52,227 nt of DNA, taken from IMG/VR virus record IMGVR_UViG_3300020818_000003. One strand, 5' to 3'. Origin of the DNA: a virus. The notes beneath the pieces are model-generated. The model did not search any database. It saw nothing but the letters and a program-made list of their open reading frames with translations, and had not been told where the DNA came from. This document shows, piece by piece, positions 51,635 through 52,227 of this stretch. Numbering within the stretch: the stretch's first letter is position 1; every line of letters starts with the position of its first letter. The position numbers were made by a program, and so were the translations under genes.

Positions 51635-51859
51635 ATGGATACAAGTAAAACCATCTCCCAGCGTGCAAAACAGCGTCGATCAGAACTTGGACTGACCCAA
51701 GCTGAAGTCGCTGAGCAAGCCGGGATTGCACAACAGTCGTATCAGCAGCTCGAAGCTGGAGAAACAAAGCGCCCGCGTAATCTCCTTGAAATCGCAAGCG
51801 CATTGAAGTGTACAGCTCAGTGGTTGATGTACGGAACTACCTCTAAAAAAGCAGCATAG
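51635..51859 (+). CDS. cro: Cro-like repressor (XRE HTH)
   Basis: 74 aa, divergent from cI. LGLTQAEVAEQAGIAQQSYQQLEAGETKRP. AGGAG RBS. Confidence 0.85.
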   Translation: MDTSKTISQRAKQRRSELGLTQAEVAEQAGIAQQSYQQLEAGETKRPRNLLEIASALKCTAQWLMYGTTSKKAA

Positions 51860-51865
51860 AACCAC

Positions 51866-51905
51866 CGCTCTTTAAACAATCTGGCCGCTCTCTGAACTCA
51901 GGAGC
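51866..51905 (+). promoter_or_regulatory. nutR: boxA and boxB
   Basis: boxA CGCTCTTTAAACAA (51866..51879). boxB GCTCTCTGAACTCAGGAGC (51887..51905, one bulged U). Confidence 0.65.
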
Positions 51906-51963
51906 AATAACAACAGTGGCATACCCTACGGTATGCACACGCACACAACTAACCAACAACGGA

Positions 51964-51996
51964 AGTATCACGCATGGACATTGCAAGCACTCGCAA
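51964..51996 (-). promoter_or_regulatory. PRE-like CII-dependent promoter in the 5' end of cII
   Basis: Reverse strand reads TTGC-GAGTGC-TTGC (51983..51996), a 13-nt spacer, then GATACT (51964..51969). Same geometry as lambda PRE (TTGC-N6-TTGC-N13-AAGTAT). Confidence 0.6.
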
Positions 51997-52227
51997 TAAA
52001 GCGAATGAAATCACAAGCAAGATTATGAATGGCATAGCTATTCGTGGTCAGCGAGCAGTAGCAAAAGCTGTAGGCGTTAACGAGTCACAAATCACCAGAT
52101 GGAAAGAAACGATGATCCCCAAGATGGGAATGCTCCTGGCAGTTCTGGAATGGGGAGTAGAGGACGAGGAATTGTCGAAGCTGGCTAAGTCAGTAGCGCG
52201 GTTACTCACAAAAGAAAACGCCCCGGA
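51974..52227 (+). CDS. cII: CII transcriptional activator, N-terminal part (runs off the window; completed by 2..166)
   Basis: MDIASTRNKANEITSKIMNGIAIRGQRAVAKAVGVNESQITRWK... Compare lambda CII ...ALLNKIAMLGTEKTAEAVGVDKSQISRWK. Confidence 0.85.
   Translation, partial: MDIASTRNKANEITSKIMNGIAIRGQRAVAKAVGVNESQITRWKETMIPKMGMLLAVLEWGVEDEELSKLAKSVARLLTKENAP
52087..52227. repeat. Terminal direct repeat (copy 2)
   Basis: Identical to 1..141. Confidence 0.95.

Larger units (their letters stand above)
1..52227. mobile_element. Complete temperate phage genome (lambdoid regulation, contractile Mu/P2-like tail), circularly closed, attP form
   Basis: All modules are present: immunity, replication, nin, Q, lysis, packaging, head, tail, gtrABC, attP-int-xis and the early-left operon. 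The first 141 nt equal the last 141 nt. No host flanks. Confidence 0.85.

Noticed and set aside
51526-51654. 43-codon N-terminal extension of the cI ORF (ORF-track start at 51654)
   Set aside because: The extension runs through the OR operators and the cro promoter and has junk-like composition. The ATG at 51525 has an AGGAG RBS and starts a canonical HTH.
51919-51936. 7-bp hairpin (gcatacc-ctac-ggtatgc) between nutR and cII as tR1
   Set aside because: No U-tract follows it. It could be a Rho-dependent site or a processing structure, but the sequence alone does not support a terminator call.
1-52227. CRISPR arrays, retron or reverse-transcriptase genes, transposases and restriction-modification genes
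   Set aside because: I found no regularly spaced direct repeats, no RT (YxDD) or DDE-type ORF, and no methyltransferase motifs in any of the ORFs inspected.

Overview
The window is a complete temperate phage genome in its circular (attP) form. The first 141 nt are identical to the last 141 nt, so the unique length is about 52,086 bp, and the cII gene is split across that junction.

Gene order:
- Lambdoid immunity and regulation: cI (S24 LexA-type), cro, cII, cIII, N with boxA/boxB nut sites, an oop-like antisense RNA, and CII-box promoters PRE and PaQ.
- Replication: an O-like initiator carrying iterons, and a DnaB-like helicase.
- nin region: ninB, ninG, and a zinc-finger Q-type antiterminator.
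- A P22 immI-like module (mnt-like, arc-like, frameshifted ant) plus a Rha-family gene, wedged between Q and a candidate late promoter.
- Lysis cassette: holin, GH19 endolysin, a small membrane protein, and Rz with an embedded Rz1.
- A small accessory island: a KilA-N/P63C protein, an orphan HslV-like Ntn peptidase, and a 91-aa basic protein.
- Headful-type packaging and a P22-like head module.
- A Mu/P2-like contractile tail and baseplate, with a -1 frameshift site in the tail chaperone.
- A tail fibre gene.
- A leftward gtrA-gtrB-gtrC O-antigen glucosylation cluster.
- attP with a P4-type integrase convergent with an AlpA-type excisionase.
- A long leftward early operon: Ea22-like proteins, a PD-(D/E)XK exonuclease, cIII, an HNH-AP2 endonuclease and N.

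I saw no CRISPR array, tRNA, reverse transcriptase or transposase. I cannot point to an unambiguous new system. The best candidates for undescribed biology are:
- the orphan HslV-like peptidase island between the lysis and packaging genes;
- the immI-like module with a reverse-strand orphan terminator;
- the exonuclease plus unknown 200-aa partner;
- the acidic early protein next to N.

All family assignments come from reading motifs by eye. No database search was run.
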